A stretch of 64,000 nt of DNA from Elsinoe ampelina (lineage: Eukaryota), in contig ML992513.1 of assembly GCA_010093995.1 (NCBI GenBank), positions 1-64,000 of the forward strand, in the 5' to 3' direction. Each line of letters opens with the position of its first letter. Positions within the stretch are counted from its first letter, which is position 1. A model generated the notes under the pieces. That model had not been told where the DNA came from. It ran no database searches and saw nothing but the letters and a program-made list of their open reading frames with translations. Position numbers and translations under genes: made by a program. This document shows, piece by piece, positions 60,354-64,000 of the stretch.

Positions 60354-63300
60354 CTAGACCCTATTCCCCGCCGCCGCCGGATCCAAATTCTCCGCCCCCA
60401 ACAGCCCAGGCGTATCCACATTCAACCCCAACATCGACGGGATGGGTTTCCTCTGCGTCCTCGCCTTCGGAATCCTGGGCGCACCCTGATTCGACCTCGG
60501 TTCCTTCATAAGCGACGGATCGAGTTTAGCCGGTACTACATAACGTCAGCATCATCCACACCCAGACATACACAGTGCAAAGGGTTGGAGGACAAAGCAA
60601 GGGCGTGGGGGGAGGGGGAAACATACTCCTACTGACAACCTGCCTATAATCCCCGGGAAACCTACTGCTCGGCGCCGCCGCCGCGGCCGACCTCCAGAGA
60701 TGATCCGACGTGTCGGACAAGAACGACGTATCTGCCTCGATCAGCCCAGAACCACCACCGTGTCTCTTCCCACACTCACCGGATTTCGAGAACAACCCCG
60801 TCTTGCCCCTATTCCGCTTACTAAGAATAATCTCGTCGAACAACTTCACCGCCGGATCCTCGCCCCTCTTCGTCTCCCTCTCATGGATAAACTCATTGAA
60901 ACACACCGTCTCCCGCATCAGCTCGAGGTACTCTGCGTTTTCGCCGGGGCAACTCTTGATGAAGCCGTCGAGGTTGAAGTGGTATATCAGACCGGACTTT
61001 TTCCTGTCGCCGGATGCCGCGTGGAGGAAGCGGCGGTAGGTGTACAGTAGCGAGGCGAAGCAGCGGACGAATGCGGCGCGGACGAGGTCGGGGCGGAAGG
61101 CGACGGGGCAGACGTGCACGACGTGGGGGACGCAGCCGGCGTGGGCTTTGATGGTGCAGCCGTTGCAGTGGTAGGATTCGTCGGGGCATTTTTCGTTGCA
61201 GATGGTGCAGTGGATTGGGGTGTTGTTGGGGCGTTTGCGTTTGACCATGCAGTGGCCTTCGACCCATTTGGTCGAGTCGGTGTCTTTGACGGGTTGGATG
61301 AGGGCCATGGGCATGATGGTGGAGGCGGCGAGGGTGGAGGGTGCGTAGATTGAAGGAGCGTAGCCGCCTCCATTCGGGCCCATGGAGAGGGCGGAGGTGG
61401 AGAGGCTGGGAGAGTGGCCGCCGACAAAGGGTTGGCTTGGGCGTCGGAGTGGGTTGATGCGGTCCAGTCCGAACTGTGAGGACATGAGCTGGGACACTTT
61501 CTGCTTTGCTTCTGACCTTTTGCTCACCGAAGAGCTGCGACGAATGGTCGTGTCGAATTGACCCGACCTCTTCTCACGCAGGGTCGTTTGCAAACCAAAT
61601 GCAGAATCACTTCGTGAGACTGGTGTAGGTGGGAATGAGCCTGACATAGGAGAGGAAATGGTAGGAGAAGGAGGTGCTTGGAAGCTGCTCTTATTGGTCG
61701 AGCTGGTGCCGGGACGCAGAGATGGTCTCCGCTCACCAGCTGCCGCAGGATCGCCTTTGGCATTGAGGGAGGCATTGAAGATGGGCGTGCTTGGTCTCGC
61801 AATCTGTGAATCAGCAAAGGAGCTGGAGGAGAGGTTGACGTGAGCAGCAAGTCCAGACTTCGATGCTCTCGTGTCAAAGACTTGCGGGGTCTCGGACGAA
61901 AAGTGATTGTTCGGGAACGTCTCAATGGCATATGGCGGAGGGCCCTTGGGTACTCCAAATCGATTGTGATGCGGCGCCGCGGCTTGCAGCAGCGCCGTGA
62001 GCTTTCGCCGTATTTGACGCGGAAGTGGTCGTGCTGGAGCGCTCGCCTCGATCTGATCGAGATCCAAGTCGATAATGACCACGTCGTCGTTTGGCAGAGT
62101 CACATCGTCGAAACGCTTCTCCACCCCAATAATGTACGGGCACGGCGCCTCAAGTGCTTGGAGCAGTCGAGCAGGTATGGTCGGTATGTAAACGCCAGTC
62201 CATTTGAGCGGATAGAGCAGATTGACGAGTGCAGCACAGGCAAGATGCAGCATCGAGCCATGTGACGAGAGAAAGATGATTCGGCTCTCCAAAACTGCAT
62301 ACTCGAAGAGCATGACGACATTCGGTATCGATAGCGCTCGGAAAAGAGCATAGATATCAATATTCCTCGATCCAGGTAGCTCGTTGATCGCTTCTTTCCG
62401 CGCATACAGCCGTAATTCTCGAATGGCGACCTCGATCTGAGTGATGGAGGTAAGCGGGCTTGGTGCTTCGACGCACATGTTGACCACGTAGCGTTCAAGT
62501 GGCTGCCACATGCCGACTTTCGGGGAGCTGGCTGGCACGTTGAGGATGGCGCCGTCCGTCATAGGCACAATGACAGCTTTCAGCCATTCTTTCCAGAATG
62601 CCGTCAGACCTTCATCGCGACCAATCAGTCCGTAGACTCGCGGCACCCAGAAGCCAGTCTCGCTTTCTGTGAGACCTTCGATCTTTGAAGCAGCCGCGTG
62701 CCGCACAGGTCGGAGCAAATCGGCCATCATGGCTATGCGCTCCTCCAATGCACTGATATCGTCCTCCAGCTGATCTCGCTCTTCCGACTCGGATTCGAGA
62801 GTTGGTAGTCTCGACAGCAGCCGTGATAACTTTGCTCTTTCTCCCGCGAGTCGCTCGCCGAGGCTGTTAGCCATCTCGCGCTCCTCGACCGTCATGTTCG
62901 CTTGTCTCCAAATTTCGCATTGTTGTTCCAGCTCGTTCGCAGCGTCGACGCCTAATGGTAGCCAGAGGGTGACGGATATGTTGAAGATCCTTGAACCATC
63001 TGCCGTGGTCATTGCGAATCCATGCCAGGTCGACCTCGGTCGCTGATCCGAAGCGACTACGCTGACATCGTTGGGGAAGGCGAACATGGGGATATAGTCG
63101 GGGAAGGCGCATCGTCTCTTTGACTCCTCAGTCATGGCCTTTGTTGGGTAGCGGTCGAGGAGTACGGGCTCGTATCTCCGCTTGAGAGGATGTGTGGTCG
63201 GATCGACCTTGAAGGGTTCAGGGGTAGGTATAACAGACTTGTAGTTGCTCAGTCGCTTAGACGTGAGGACAGAAGACTGTCTGCTCGGTGTTGTGCTCCT

Positions 63301-63888
63301 TCTCCTGTTCATGGTCGACAGTTTCCGCCGGAGACTGCCGACTCCTCCTCTTAAACCTGCGGCACCGTTCGTGCTGTCGTCGCTCATGATCCGGATCGTC
63401 TTCGGCCGTGCCTTGGCTGCACGAGGCTGGGCGGTAGTGACGGTGCCTGCCTGGAGGTGGACATCTTCGAGAAAACTGTCTCTCTCAGTAGCGAACTTGC
63501 GCAGCGCTTGCTCAAAGTCCTCTTCGCTGAGTACATTTGCGTTTCCCGTAGTTTGAACCTTGATGGTGGTGCTACTCCTGTTGCTAGCAGGAGAAGGAGC
63601 ATCGTCTGGTAGGTTGATGATACTGCCTATACTCTTGCGCGCATCCCAGCTGTACCTCTTCGACTTTCTGGCCGGAGTCTCCGAGGTGGGTGAGCCAGGA
63701 GTACCTGGGCGTGGACTCGTTGTGGCATCAGTCACCAAGGCTCTATCCTCCTCAATTGTCGTCTCAACTGGTGGCGGACCAGCAGTGATGTTGCGTTCGT
63801 CAAATATTTGAGTTGATTCTATACCAGCGATGAAGAAATAGTCTGCGAGGGGATTTGAGGTGGAATCATCCTGAGCGGTAGGCGCCAT
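60354..63888 (-). CDS. DENN-domain Rab GEF-like protein (uDENN-DENN-C1-dDENN); introns near the 3' end
   Basis: LADYFFIAGIE, YEPVLLDRYP, MFAFPND, APCPYIIG, HCTICNEKC..CNGC..H..C, AFVRCFASL. Last exon (PAKLDPSLMKEPR) lies beyond the track ORF. Confidence 0.9.
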
Positions 63889-64000
63889 TAAAATTTACCG
63901 TCGGTAGTGTTTATCCAAGCAGGTACAGGTAGCCCCGCGGTGATTATTTTATTACTGGGACCGACTCTTCCATGTGATTCCACCTTGGAGCAGCAATTGG

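Overview
Eukaryotic DNA from a filamentous ascomycete, judged by short GT-AG introns with CTRAC branch sites and by RIP-type mutation. The window has two sharply separated compartments. (1) 1-27,941 is an AT-rich block of RIP-mutated transposons. It holds the 3' end of a chromodomain Ty3/Gypsy element, at least six TIR subfamilies of Fot1/pogo-like DNA transposons (nested, chimeric and rearranged; subfamily letters A-F are my own labels), two copies of a ~730-bp MITE, and a ~7.6-kb hAT element (15,349-22,980, 8-bp TSD, includes a 725-N gap). Reversing the RIP changes by hand shows the hAT carries a spliced histone H3/CenH3-like gene head-to-head with its transposase; the ORF track does not show this gene. 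(2) 27,942-64,000 is GC-balanced and gene-dense. It encodes an FlbA-like RGS protein, adenine deaminase, a Git3-like GPCR, two hypothetical proteins, FOL3, SOG2, RPP1, a DUF2408-like protein, a small SET protein, a TRAPPC13-like protein and a DENN-domain protein. An accessory-looking island (~50-60 kb) holds a Cys-rich secreted protein and a head-to-head pair: a HeLo-like/kinase-like gene and a C2H2-PNP-NACHT NLR-like gene. All domain calls come from motif recognition by eye; no searches were run, and de-RIPed sequences are reconstructions.
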